From Octopus sinensis (lineage: Eukaryota), in assembly GCF_006345805.1 (NCBI RefSeq), contig NC_043006.1:52824001-52888000 (forward strand): 64,000 nt of DNA. Direction: 5' to 3'. This document shows, one piece after another, positions 27,576 to 40,025 of this stretch. The position numbers and the translations under genes are program-made. The notes below the pieces were generated by a model. It saw only the letters and a list, made by a program, of their open reading frames with translations, was not told the DNA's origin and did no database searches. Positions within the stretch are counted from its first letter, which is position 1, and each line of letters opens with the position of its first letter.

Positions 27576-27613
27576 TCTTTAACGTTTCGAGCCTACGCTC
27601 TTCAACAGAAAGA
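27576..27613 (-). ncRNA. Minimal type I hammerhead-like motif with A6U core variant
   Basis: RNA: UCUUU CUGUUGA A GAGC GUAG GCUC GAAA CGUU AAAGA. Helix I 5 bp and helix II 4 bp are perfect; helix III is the palindromic ACGU. Confidence 0.6.
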
Positions 27614-27676
27614 TACACAGAGAGAGAAAAACACAGAAAGAAGGAGAGAAAAAAATGCGTGCAGTAGCTAACGAAT

Positions 27677-27726
<50 letters not shown>

Positions 27727-27820
27727 TTCAAACATGAGCAAAAAGAAAACACAACAACGCGAGGACGTGGAACAAGTATAGTGTTATTGGATGCTCAGGA
27801 AAGGAAAGAAAGAAGGAGGA

Positions 27821-27853
27821 TTTAACGTTTCGAGCAGACATCTTCGTCAGAAA
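27821..27853 (-). ncRNA. Minimal type I hammerhead motif, decayed helix II
   Basis: RNA: UUU CUGACGA A GAUG UCU GCUC GAAA CGUU AAA. Canonical core; helix II has 2 mismatches. Confidence 0.5.
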
Positions 27854-29031
27854 CGTAGAAAAAGGAAAGGTCCATGGAAGGGAAGATGGAGAAAGAAAAT
27901 CGCCAGCGATACACACACGGTCATATATATATATATTTTAACGTGGATTTTGTTTAAATGCTGAATATTGTATTATTAGCCTTGAGACATCTCATATAGT
28001 CACATGGTTCATAAAATCACAGGTATAAATCGAAGTAAACTTGAATCGTGTGTTATGGGCGCCGGAAGTCCCGTATCACATGAATTTAGTCTATTGGACC
28101 TAATTAGTGTGAAGCATCCGGTAACCACATAGCAAACAAGTCTCGCTCATGTGATATATATAGAATATAAGCAATTTTTTCAGACACTGATGTCCTAAAT
28201 AGCCACCACGTTTATCAAGACTTAATTATTAGCGACGAAAGTTTTAGCAGCAAATGGCGATCTTAACATCCAACTTAAAGTGAATGTCTTGTTAGAACGC
28301 CGAATACTGCGTTATTAACCTTGAAAGAATTATCTCACATAGGCGCATGGTGCATCAGCACAAACATAAATCGAAACAGACGATCGTTTGGTATACGTCC
28401 GCCAGACGTCTCCCACTGTTGAAGTCCAGTTGACTGAAATCTCTCTAATACGAGATTTCCAGCTATAACAGACGATTCTCGTTTACTACGATTTATGTAT
28501 GTGCTTTTATGCACCATGCACGTATATGAGGACATTTGTCAAGGCTAATAACGCTAACAAGGTATTCGGTATTCTATCAAGACATCCAAATTAAGTTGGA
28601 TGTAATTGTAGGGACATGATAAACGCCATCTCACTGTTGTATTCCTTTGAAATCATTGGTTGTTGTACCCGTGTAATGTATAGCGATGCTATCGAGTAGT
28701 ACAACGGTGACTCTAAAGTCTACAACTTTCGAGAGGTATGAACCTATCAGCGGTCAGTCGTTGTGATTTCGGTAGTTACAGGTAGGGATATCAGATAGAG
28801 AATTAAAAGGTTTATGATAGTTTACGATATTTATGGATGATTAGAAAATGCTGTCTAAAAGAAACAGGACGTTTTTACCAGCATTAATGGACACGTAGGA
28901 TTAAATTACATTGCTTTTACCTCACTCACTTCGACTTTGAAGGTGGATGCAATGTTTATGGTATCGAGAGTACGTTTATGTTATGTGTATATAAATGTGT
29001 GTGCGTGTGTATGTGTGTGTGCATGTACATT

Positions 29032-29122
<91 letters not shown>

Positions 29123-29358
29123 TACAAATACTTAAATACTAGAAAAAGAAAAATATTCCAAAGTTTCAAATCAACAATTTGCCTTAATTGTAGCTAACAT
29201 GGAGATATTTAAGTTTACATGATTAGAGCTTAAATTGTTCGATCAACTCGTTGAATTATCGTGTATGTAGAAGACCTCTCCAAACACATATGCCTTTTAT
29301 TCTCAGAGACAATTAAACAACAGTACAATGCGTATTAAGAAAAGCTCTTTGTTCTACA

Positions 29359-29392
<34 letters not shown>

Positions 29393-29412
29393 ACACACAC
29401 ACACACACAACA

Positions 29413-29453
<41 letters not shown>

Positions 29454-29919
29454 ACACACATGCAAGTCTCAAATCAACAATTGAGACGCAAAAATCAACA
29501 ATGCACGGCTTACACTCATCTCTTATTCGGGCCCACGTCTCAGCTGGGAATAACCTTGTTTCGTGAAAGAGATTGTTTAGAATTTTATTCAAGAAATTTC
29601 TATGCTGTAATTGTGGGAAATCTCGACGCAAAAACGCTGTCAATTTATAAAAATGTTCTACTAACGTGACGCAGGAATTGGTGGAAATAAATCGGGCAAG
29701 TTGACATTGGGCACTGCTACGTTTGTACTATACTACAAGGAATATTTAAGTTCTTCACACAGAAATATTCTTAGCATCATATCGAAATCAATTTATATTG
29801 AATTCTAGATCGGGTTGGTATAAATCAGTGAATATCTAACCAAGTACATAGTCACTTAACCGATGTATCCAGCCTTTGTTACCGAAATTTTTTTTAATGC
29901 TTACATATACTTATTTCTA

Positions 29920-30128
29920 ATTTTGGCACAAGACCAGCAAGTTTTGGAGTGAGGAAAACTCGATTACATCGACCGCATTACTCAGCTGGTACTTATTTTA
30001 TATGATGCCAAAAGTATGAAAGGCAAAGTCAATCTCGGCGGAATTTGACCGCAGAACGTCAAGACGGACGAAATGCCGCTAAGCATTTTTTTGCTCTGCG
30101 CTAATAGTTCAGCCTGCTCACTGCCTTA
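29920..30128 (-). mobile_element. tRNA-derived SINE family B
   Basis: Reverse complement of the 23564 copy core and head. Confidence 0.82.
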
Positions 30129-30145
30129 TTTATATATTGTATATA

Positions 30146-30410
30146 CAGTAATCCATTCACTATCGCGGGTGTTACGTTCCAAATCCCTCTGCGATAGGTG
30201 AAAATCCGCGTGATAGAAACAGTACTGTACTGTATTTTTTATAATTTGTATATATTTATTTTATCATAAATGCAAAACAACACCACGGAGGAATCGACGT
30301 AAGCTTAAATGATAAACTGCGATAGGTGAACCGCGATAGGTGAACTGGGATAGGTGAACCGTGATAGGGGAACCGCGACAGGTGAATCGCGGTACGGCGA
30401 GAGATGACTG
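30146..30410. mobile_element. pogo/Tigger-like MITE (265 bp) with TA target duplication
   Basis: TA-CAGTAATCC.. left end and ..GATGACTG-TA right end (imperfect CAGT-starting TIRs); internal 14-bp tandem units CCGCGATAGGTGAA at about 30317-30388. Confidence 0.75.
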
Positions 30411-30429
30411 TATTACATTATATATAGAT

Positions 30430-30780
30430 GTAAGCATGGCTGTGTTGTCAAGAAGCTCGCTCGGCAACCACGAGATTTCGGGTTCAATCACAATGTGCAG
30501 CAACTTGACAAGTATTTCTACTATAGCCACTGACCTATTAATGGTTTGTGAATAAATTTGATAAGGGGAAACTGTATATAAGTGTGTTTATAAGTGTGTG
30601 TCAGTGTATCGATGTATATGTGCTTTGTGTCTGTGTTTGATCACCACCACAGCAAGACAGCCAGTGTTAATTTGTTTACGTCCCCATAACCTTGTCGTTC
30701 GGCACTAGAAGTCGATAGAATAAGTTCCGGACTGAAGTAAATACTTGAGTTGATTTGTTAGTGTACAACACTTCCAGGCG
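30430..30780 (+). mobile_element. SINE family A, old diverged copy
   Basis: Recognisable GCATGGCTGTG head, TTCTACTATAGCC and TTTACGTCCCC..TTCGGCA..GATAGAATAAGT blocks. Confidence 0.6.
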
Positions 30781-30799
30781 AAAAAGATAAATGTGTGTG

Positions 30800-33090
30800 T
30801 GTGTGTATTGAATTGTTATTTTTGCCTAATTGTTTTCTTCCCTATTTGAGGGTGAAATGATGGAGAACCAACCAGTTCTGGGTGGTAATTATGCTGCAGC
30901 AACTGGAAAAGGATTGACTGCTGATATACTACAAGTAAGAGAAATAAAAATAGACGAAAAGAAATTCAAAAAGTTTCACGAACTTATAGTAAAGGAAGGT
31001 GTCAGCCTGAAGTTGACCCCGACGAAAGAAGTGATAGAGAAGACAGCTAAAAGGACAGTAATTTATAGAACGCTGTCAACAGTAACCAAAAAGATCGAAA
31101 TAGCTACAGCGGAAGCAGTAGAAGAATGTCTAAAGGGCATAAAAAGCCTCACGACATTCTATACTAAAGGAAAGAAGTATGGCACAGTGGAGGTGCGGTT
31201 CGTGAGCGAACAAGAAGCGATAAAGCACTCCACTGTGCTTGAGGTCGTCAGTGTGGGTACTACTGCCAACCTACTGTGGCAAATGTGCGGCCAGAGTTAC
31301 GATTGGCAGAGTGCCCCCGGAGATTGATGAGACGTGGCTGGTGGCAGCCATCCTCTACAACACGAAGGGAGAAACGAAAATTCTGAAAGTCACAAGAACA
31401 ACAGAGATAAACTGCAGGGGATGCGACCTCGAGGTGACGGTCCAAATCAGTTTACCAGACCTACATAAAATTTCAGAGGAGGTTGTGTTGCCTGAAAAGG
31501 GAAACTAAGAGTGGTAGTGAAGGGAAGATCACCCATCTGCTACCATTGAGTACGGGGACACATGAAAGCTGTGTCCCCAGAAATATGATGTGGAGGTGAT
31601 GCAGCAGGAGCATCAAGGAGAGGAAGAGGTACAAAGCGTGGAGGAGTATAGGCCAGTAGGCGAAGAGAATGTAGAAAATGTGGAAGAAAGGTACACAGTG
31701 GTGAAGAGAAAGAAGAGAGAGGGAAACGCGGACTCACCACCTAAGAGTCCAATGAAGAAGCGAAAGGAAAGCTTAAAGGAGACTCAGTGTGTGAGACCAG
31801 GTATTACAATGAAAGAGAAAGCGAACGCGAAGAATAGAAAGGAAGAAAGAAAGACGTCCACAACATCAAGTGAGGAAGATACAGAGGGAAAACGGATATC
31901 GATACCAGTAACTAGCACGAAGGAGAGAGCGAAGGTGCAGAAAAGAAATGAAGAAAGAAGGGAGATGACAACAACATCGAGCGAGAAAGAAACAGAGAAG
32001 AAAGAGAAACCGATACCCGAGGAGACTAATAACGGAAGACAGGAAGGAGTACAGAAATAGAAACACTTACGGACTATGATAAATTATTTTTTAAAAAGTG
32101 TGGAGATTGAGAAAAAAAAATAACCAAGATGGAACATGTAATTAGGGTTAAATTAAAGGTGAATGAGTACAACGAAGATGGAGATAATATTGACCCGTCA
32201 GGAGTAAGGGTGGAATTCAAAGAATTGCCACTAGTAGTGAAGTTAGTAGAAATCGAACCACTAATGAAATATTACTAAAAAGTAAATAAGTATGTCAAAT
32301 TGACAGGAAAAAGGAAAAGAAAAAAGAAAAAGGAGAAAAAAAGGAAAAAGAAAGAGTAAGTGTTTTATGTTATGTTTAATAATATCGGAAAATAGAAGAA
32401 CAATTTTAGAGAACATATAACGGTTCAAATAATTGTAATGGTAGACGATGATTAAATGTTAGTTAAATACATGATAAAAACGGACAGTTTAAAAAGATTA
32501 ATGGTAATGCATGTGATGAGGGGCGCATGCAGCCATTCATAACCCCATTATTGTATAATCATCTCATCATATTTGTTTTATGTACTGTCCCCTCTGTGGT
32601 GTCCTGTCTGTCCTTGTTTGTCCCCCTCAATGTTTGGCACTTGTGGCTAAAGAAACCGAATGAGTACAACGAAGACGCCAAAGCAGTCTTGCTTGAGAGA
32701 GAGGACAGAAGTTGAAAGAACTGTTCGGGGTGATGATAGAAATAACGCCGATACAGGTTCGGTTTGACGAATTGCCAGCCACCGGTGGTGGCATTTGAGG
32801 ATTTAATAGAATATATAGTGACAGATGAAAGTAAGTAAGTAAAAAATTTTAAAAAGTGACTTTTAAAAAAAGATACAAAAAGAATAGTGAACTGTGTGTA
32901 AAATGTTATACATAAACAGTTAAATGACATTATCTGCGAGCGGGGGGACAGGTAAGACATTTAATTTCCATTTTATAATTATAATTCATTATTTCATTCG
33001 TTATATGTTTTATGTACTACACGGTGGTGTCTTGTCTGTCCATGTATCGTCCTTTCTTTGTATGAGCCCGTGTGCTTAAAATAAAGACAG
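30800..33090 (+). mobile_element. Tx1/L1-type element with disrupted ORF1 and tandem 3' modules, no ORF2 seen
   Basis: ORF pieces 30830-31327, 31239-31508 and 31590-32060 give NYAAA, an RRM-like GTVEVRF, then VVVKGRSPICYH.VRGHMK (decayed CCHC knuckle) and a K/E-rich tail. No APE or RT motif in 32060-33090; ends ..AAAATAAAG. Confidence 0.7.
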
Positions 33091-33397
33091 GGGTGCTAGT
33101 TCGACCGTGTTGGTTTACCGTATTATTTCGATGTGTGTTGGTTTAACAGTCCTATGTTCGAGTTGTACGGAGTGCATTCTGCGTTATCATATATTTCTGC
33201 GGTACGATATTTTTAGATAACCACAATCAACTCTCTATGTATGTAAACCATTTTACACCAAGCGTGTATACCCATGGCATAACAGACATGATCCTTATGA
33301 ACCGTCACATGTCTCTTCAGAGTCGAAATCTGTCTCACACAACACCCATCGAAAACACTCGGTCATGGAGGAAAGACATTGTATACAGGTGATCTTT

Positions 33398-33435
<38 letters not shown>

Positions 33436-34159
33436 TACATGCATACATACATACATACATACATACATACATACATACATACATACATACATACATACAT
33501 ACATAGGCCCAATATGGCCGAATGGTTAAAAATTAGCTTTGCAACAATTGGTGCTGAATTCAATCTTAATCCATAGTATCCTGGATAAATATCATTCTCT
33601 TCAAATTCGGTTCCCTCTATAAAGTTTGAGTGGAATTTGTTAGACGGAAGTTGTATAGAAGCTCATCGGGTGGATTGTACCAATAATTCAAAACTGTACG
33701 GCTTTGTCACGCACACTCTATTCTCTTAATACATATATACATATCTGCATGTGTATTTGCCACTCTACTCGTGAAAAGGGAACCCTAACTTACTTCAACA
33801 ATTTACTCTAGACATAATACATTAATCTTGAATATTGTTATTACGTAAATCATGGTCATCTTGAAACAGATGTCGAGATAAGACATTACATAATTCTTAT
33901 TTTACACTCTGTATTTTGTGCTCCATGTAAATATATCACTCAAGCTTTTGTTTATCCTACTTTACCATATCTGTCTCCTCTTTCTCCCTCTCTCTCCCTC
34001 TATTCTCCTCTCTTCCTCTCTCTCTCTTTCTCTCTCCTTTCTCCTTCTCTACATACATACACGCACACACACATACATATGTATGCATATGTATATATAA
34101 TTTACAGTTCCGTTAAGGTAAGATAAACAAAAAGGTACTCCATCCAGTGAAAGATAAAT

Positions 34160-34420
34160 ATCAGTTACTGTACACATTATAAAGATAAGAGCTTCTGATA
34201 GTTTCTTGGGTTGGAGACTGTTACATCTAGATGATTGCCGTCTCTCTCAGATTCCTCGCTGTGAATAGCATTTCCGACATGCGGTGTATGACCTGTCAGA
34301 TGATTATTCAGTCATAACACCCCTTGTGTCACAATTCTTAGAGACACAATGTGTGGTATAAAAATCTGCCAATACCCGCATCTCCAATGCGATAAACTAT
34401 TAAAAGCTCTTATCTTTACA
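34160..34420. repeat. Small fold-back element with about 45-bp inverted ends
   Basis: TAAAGATAAGAGCTTCTGATAGTTT at about 34160 versus AAACTATTAAAAGCTCTTATCTTTA at about 34395. Confidence 0.6.
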
Positions 34421-34425
34421 CTAAA

Positions 34426-34460
<35 letters not shown>

Positions 34461-34463
<3 letters not shown>

Positions 34464-36455
34464 CTTTAAATCTTTAACATGTTTCACCTTTAAAGATATA
34501 GTCATGCTCGGGCACCACCGTTGCCTGCGCTACACCATTATTTGAAACCTCATGTGATATGGGGCATTTGGTGAATGAGGGCTTGTTTCCTGCCGTGAGG
34601 TAGGGTCATCTAGAACCCTTGCCAGGAGGAAATCCAGTTTTTTTTAAGATACCTACATCCACACTATACATGTCTCTCAGACATTTTGAAAGGATATTGA
34701 AGAGCTGTGGGCCCTTGGAACCTAAGCTGTTGCAGTATTTGGTCCTGTACCTTGATGGTGATGCTGAGATCTTTGCTACTAAGCAGTGGTGCCTCGTTCT
34801 GCAGTTTGTATAATTTTCAATGCCAAAGTTTGGGACAAGGCCTTCCAGGTCTTTTCAGATGTATACCACTGCATATCTTTTCCGCTTTCACTCCAGGGAG
34901 GTGAGTTTTAAATCTTTCAGTCTTTCAGAGTTTAAATCTTTCAGTCTTTCCCAGTAGCTGATGCCTTGCATTGAGACGATTTTCTTTGTGTAGCTTTGTT
35001 GGATTGCCTCAAGTTCCACCGTTAATTTTATATTGTGTGATGACCACAGTTGGGAGCAGTAGTGCAAGCGGCTGAAGACGTATTCCCTCTAAAGGACCGT
35101 CATTGTCTCCTTTTCTCTAGTTTTGAAAGTTCGAAGGACCCATCCAGCTAGCCGTCTGCGTTTTATTACCAAATTAGTAATGTGGACCTGTAAAGATGCA
35201 ACATTGCTCATGTCAATACGCAGGTCACGCACTGATTTTGATTCAAGGATTGCAATTTCTCCCGGGCCAGTGTATCCTGTCTGCACGTCGTTCAGCTTTG
35301 TGGACTGGTAGCGCAGGGCTTGGAATTTTCCTGCATTATTCTGCATGTTGTTATCTTCAGCTCACCTGTATATTGCATTCAACCCCTGTTGCAGATGCGC
35401 AATATTTCCAGGATTTTGCATTATCTGAGAGACTTTTGTGTCATCTGCATAGCTAGCAAGGGTGGCTCTCTGGGCAGCGGAGGATATGTCTGAGAATAGC
35501 AGTGGTCCTAAGACAGTGCCCTGTGGAACACCACTTGCTATTTGTGTTTCCTTTGAGGTGGCTACATTGGCCACCACTGCCTGACGTCTATCTTTTAGAA
35601 AGTTTTGCAGCCACTCTCCAAGTTTTCCGACTATGCCGAGATCACGCAGTTTGTGACATATCATACCATGGTAGACTTTGTCAAAGGCTTTTGCAAAGTC
35701 GGAATATATCCCAATCACACTTGAGTCATTTAGCAGCTATTTTAACACCCTACCGTAATATTGCAAGAGCTGTATCAGGCAGTTTCTACTCGGTCGAAAT
35801 CTCATGTTGTGTGTCAGTCAGCAAGTCATTGTCTTCAAGGATCACGATTACTTACTTTCTTCCATGACTTTGTTTATGTGGCAGGTCAGAGAGATAGACC
35901 TATAATATTTAGCATCTGCCCTGCTTCCTCTCTTATTGATAAGCAATATTATCCTTTGTTTCGGTTTGTCTGAAAGCTTACCACTTGCAAGAAAGCTCTA
36001 AAAAAGAAGCCGCAGTGGTATTGCAAGGGTTGGTTTGCACAATTTGAGAACTGCTGGGAATCCATCAGGGCCAGCAGCTCAGTTTGTGCTAACCTCGTCT
36101 ACGGTCAGTGTTATATCTTCTTTAATGTTGATGTAATCAATTTTCGCCTCTTTGGTTACAGGTAAAATGGATAAGAATTCAGCCGGTTTGTTCACTTACC
36201 TGCGTCCCAGAGGTGTAGTGAACACACTTTGCAACTGTTCGTTCAGTATTTCATTTATCATCATTGGGTTTCCTGCGAGGGAGCCATCTTTTTGGAAGAG
36301 GGGTCCTTTTCTGTGGTGTACTGGGGCTGTTTCTTTGGCAAACTTAACGAAAGTTTTAGGGTTCGATATTTTCTATAACCTAAGCTTCCTTATCGCCTCT
36401 CTCTCCTTTTCGTGAGACTTTTCTCAATATCCAACAGCGACATCTCCAGGCGAAA
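34461..36455 (-). mobile_element. 5'-truncated CR1-clade LINE (RT domain to 3' tail), inactivated
   Basis: ORF 35362-35718 contains DFAKAFDKV, SGVPQGTVLGPLLF and YADD; ORF 35089-35346 continues (VRDL..GWVLRTFKTR); tandem TTTAAAGA-type tail at 34461-34495. Confidence 0.92.
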
Positions 36456-36540
36456 TGTTAAGTTACGGGGATATAAACACGCTAGCATCGGTTGTCAAGC
36501 GATGTTCAGGGGACAAACACAAACACACACGCACATATAA

Positions 36541-36573
<33 letters not shown>

Positions 36574-36587
36574 TGTATGTATGTATG

Positions 36588-36698
<111 letters not shown>

Positions 36699-36699
36699 G

Positions 36700-38073
36700 A
36701 TGAATAATCTTGTTGCAGATTAATCAAAAGTTTAACCGATGCCTTGGTAGCAAAAATCACAGCAGAAGAAAGCACGGTTGGAGATAAAACCATTTGGTGT
36801 TGCAACCGTGCGTTGGTGCGGATAATTGAATTTTAATATTATTAGTGAATTGAAGAAATGGAGTTGAACGAAGATTGAACAGAATTCCTTTTATTGCATT
36901 TTACACATGTTTCAAAAGCCACAATTTCTTGTCGAGTAACTCCAAGATCAGAAATGCCATTTACCAATGTAAGGTTTACACGGACTCAGATGTCTACTCG
37001 TATGTCGGGGCCTCATCGTCAAAATTGGCCTTGCGAATTTCCAACCATTTCGCAACTTTTCGCGACGTGAATAAATACCAAGCTACGGGACTTAGCAAGC
37101 TTATATGGGGTTTGAAGAACGCGAACTCAGGTTTCAGGCTGGAATGGTCGATTTTGTCGGTGGCCCTCCCATTTGATAGGGGCAGAAGGAAGTGCAATCT
37201 TTGTGTCTCTGAGCTTTTCCACATATTGTTCGCCAGAGACCGGTTGGTAAACGGACTTTTACAGTCGGCTTTTCGATGTCCCCATTGGCGGCGTTATACT
37301 TATCTTGCTTATAAATGATACCTAAGATAATTAGCACCTGTTACCCTACTAAAATGAAAATAATCCTTGGAAATAATTTTTTAAAAAGCTTTTTAAGAAA
37401 TATATGAATAACCCTTGCAAGGGGAAATTACTCCCATTAGGCGAATGGGGGTTTGTTTTGGAAGCAAACGCTGGAATTTTATATACCCTTAGGATTCTTT
37501 GACGACGTTCATTTTTTGACAAGCAGGCCTAGACGAACACACGAACACAAAAAATATTTTCTGCCGCCTGACGAATTTTTCAGCAGTGACCATTATGTAG
37601 CGCCTTTTACCAACATACGGCCGCGCACACATAGGCCAGTACACACATACATGCTTCTAGGTAGTTTTTGTCTCGCCCCCAAAAAATACACCCAGTATTC
37701 TTAAAATATTCAGAATTTTAGTTTTGGTCACACAGAACATCTCCACACCCCCTGCTCTCACCTACTGGATTTGACCGCCGCCTGACCTGTAAATATCTTC
37801 AACGCACCCACCACCCTATTTCAACGTACATTGATAATCAGTTCAGCCATGGGCTCTTAAAGAGCCTCCTCGTTCAAATTGCTTTGCTGCGCCTCTGTTC
37901 TGTTTTGTTCTGCCAACGGAATTCCTATTTTTTTCCTGAAGAGAAAGCCACAATATGGAATCCTTATTTAATCAGAATTTGGAAAATTGTGGCTTTTGAA
38001 ACATGTGTAGAATGCAATAAAAGGAATTCTGTTCAATCTTCGTTCAACTCCATTTCTTCAATTCACTAATAAT
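36700..38073 (+). mobile_element. 5'-truncated Penelope-like element with GIY-YIG C-terminus and inverted partial terminal repeat
   Basis: ORF 36875-37318 contains NAIYQCKV..SYVGASS..RISNH..LSKLIW.LK..KCNLC (PLE GIY-YIG). 36838-36927 is an inverted copy of 37984-38073 with 1 mismatch seen. Confidence 0.9.
37919..38029 (+). ncRNA. Type I hammerhead ribozyme candidate in PLE terminal repeat
   Basis: Core CUGAAGA 37936-37942; helix II G-U plus 11 perfect bp (37944-37954 with 37986-37996); GAAA 37998-38001; helix III AC/GU; GUA cleavage triplet after 38009; helix I UUC/GAA plus distal 8 bp GAAUUCCU/AGGAAUUC. Confidence 0.72.
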
Positions 38074-38466
38074 ATATATATATATATATATATACGGCGG
38101 GCTTCTTTCAGTTTCCGTCTATCCAATCCACTCACAAAGCTTTATTCGGCCCGAGGCTATAGTAGAAGACACTTGCCTAAGGTGCCACGCACTGGGACTG
38201 AACCCGGAATCATGTAGTTGGTAACCATGCTACTTACCACACAGCCACTCCTGCGCCTATTGGCAAGAGATCTTGAAGTAAAACTGAATAATGAGATACA
38301 AATCAGGAAATGTTAGTAGGCTTTTTTCAGTTTCTGTCTACTAAATCCACTCACAAGGCTTTGGTCGGCCCGAGGCTATAGTAGAAGACACTTTCCCAAG
38401 GTACCACGCAGTGGGACTGAAGCCGGAACCATGTGGTTGGTAAGCAAGCTACTTACCACCTGATAT

Positions 38467-38854
38467 TTACAGCAGTGCTTCGAAGTAACGTGTGTAGCGT
38501 GTGTTCGTCGTATTAGCCATGACAGCGAGTTGAGCTGAGAATCTGCATCAAATTTTGTCAAAAGCTTGGTCATACTTGCTTCGAGGCCTAGAAAAGTTTC
38601 CAAAAAGTTTTCATCGTTCTCGACACAATCAAGGAGATTTTGTGCAACTGAAACCTGAATGTCCTTATGGTCAGCTGAAAGCAGTTTTGGCACAAACTTG
38701 GCAGACACGCGTCTCATATCCAAATTTGCGTAGGCCTATGAGCAAGTATGGCCAAGCTTTTGCCAAAATTTGATGCAGATTCTCAGCTCAGTTCTCTGCT
38801 ATAGTTAATACAACCAACTCACGCTACATACGTTACTTCCAAGCACTGCTGTAA
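38467..38854. mobile_element. Mariner-derived fold-back element built from two 5' ends
   Basis: 114-bp inverted arms 38467-38580 and 38741-38854, each encoding ELRICIKF.QKLGHTC; the spacer on the minus strand encodes LDMRRVSAKFVPKLL..ENDENFLET. Confidence 0.82.
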
Positions 38855-39204
38855 GCAGCGGAAGTGAGCTAGAACGGATACTTATTAGTCGGATACTTAT
38901 TAGTCAAATCTCATATATATGAGCATGTCTAGATATGCAAATATATGCATGAGAAGATAGACACAAAACAAAACATACAAATCTGCACGTATACACACAT
39001 ACATACATACATACATACATACATACATACATACATACATACATACATACATACATACATGCATGCATACATACATACATACATACATACATACATACAT
39101 ACATACATACATACATACATACATACATACATACCCTGCTGATGTTGATGAAATTCCAATGAAGGAGCCTTGGATATAGGTTTGAAACAGGCTGTTTCTC
39201 TATT

Positions 39205-39416
39205 CTTTTACTCTTTTACTCGTTGCAGTCATTTTGACTGCGGCCATGCAGGAGTACCACCTTTAGTCGAAGAAATTGAACCCAGGACTTATTCTTTATA
39301 AGCCTAGTACTTATGCTATCGGTCTCTTTTGCCGAACCGTTAAGTTACGGGGATGTAAACACACTAGCATCGGTTGTCAAGCGATGTTCAGGGGACAAAC
39401 ACAAACACACACGCAC

Positions 39417-39492
<76 letters not shown>

Positions 39493-39630
39493 TATATACG
39501 ATGGGCTTCTTTCAGTTTCCGTCTACTAAATCCACTCACAAGGCTTTATTCGGCCCGAGGCTATAGTAGAAGACACTTGCCCAAGGTGCCACGCAGTAGG
39601 ACTGAACCCGGAATCATGTGGTTGGTAAGC
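39205..39630 (-). mobile_element. SINE family A, head truncated
   Basis: Tail to GGTTGGTAAGC; shares private variants with the 36456-38260 copy. Confidence 0.9.
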
Positions 39631-39631
39631 A

Positions 39632-39940
39632 TCTTCTACTATAGCCTCGGGCCGACCAAAGCCTTGTGAGTGGATTTAGTAGACAGAAACTGAAAAAAGC
39701 CTGTCGTATATCTGTTTATATGTATGTGTGTGTTTGTGTTTGTGTGTCTGTGTTTGTTCCCCAACATCTCTTGACAACCGATGGTGGTGTGTTTACGTCC
39801 CCGTAACTTAGCGGTTCGGCAAAAGGGACCGATATAATAAGTACTAGGCTTACAAAGCATAAGTCCTGGGGTCAATTTGCTCGACTAAAGGCGGTGCTCC
39901 AGCATGGTCGCAGTCAAATGACTGAAACAAGTAAAAGAGT
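39632..39940 (+). mobile_element. SINE family A body, head missing, head-to-head with the previous copy
   Basis: Starts TCTTCTACTATAGCC and ends CAGTCAAATGACTGAAACAAGTAAAAGAGT. Confidence 0.9.
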
Positions 39941-40025
39941 GTATGTGATTTTGATTTTGTATTCAGACAATCTCAATGCACATACATCACTCATATATTC
40001 CACAGACATATGTACATTAAAAGTT

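Larger units (their letters stand above)
27470..27925 (-). mobile_element. Two PLE terminal-repeat fragments embedded in (TA)n, each with a hammerhead motif
   Basis: Shared layout GCTCAGGAAA..TTTAACGTTTCGAGC..TCTTC..CAGAAA at 27550-27615 and 27793-27853. Confidence 0.7.
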
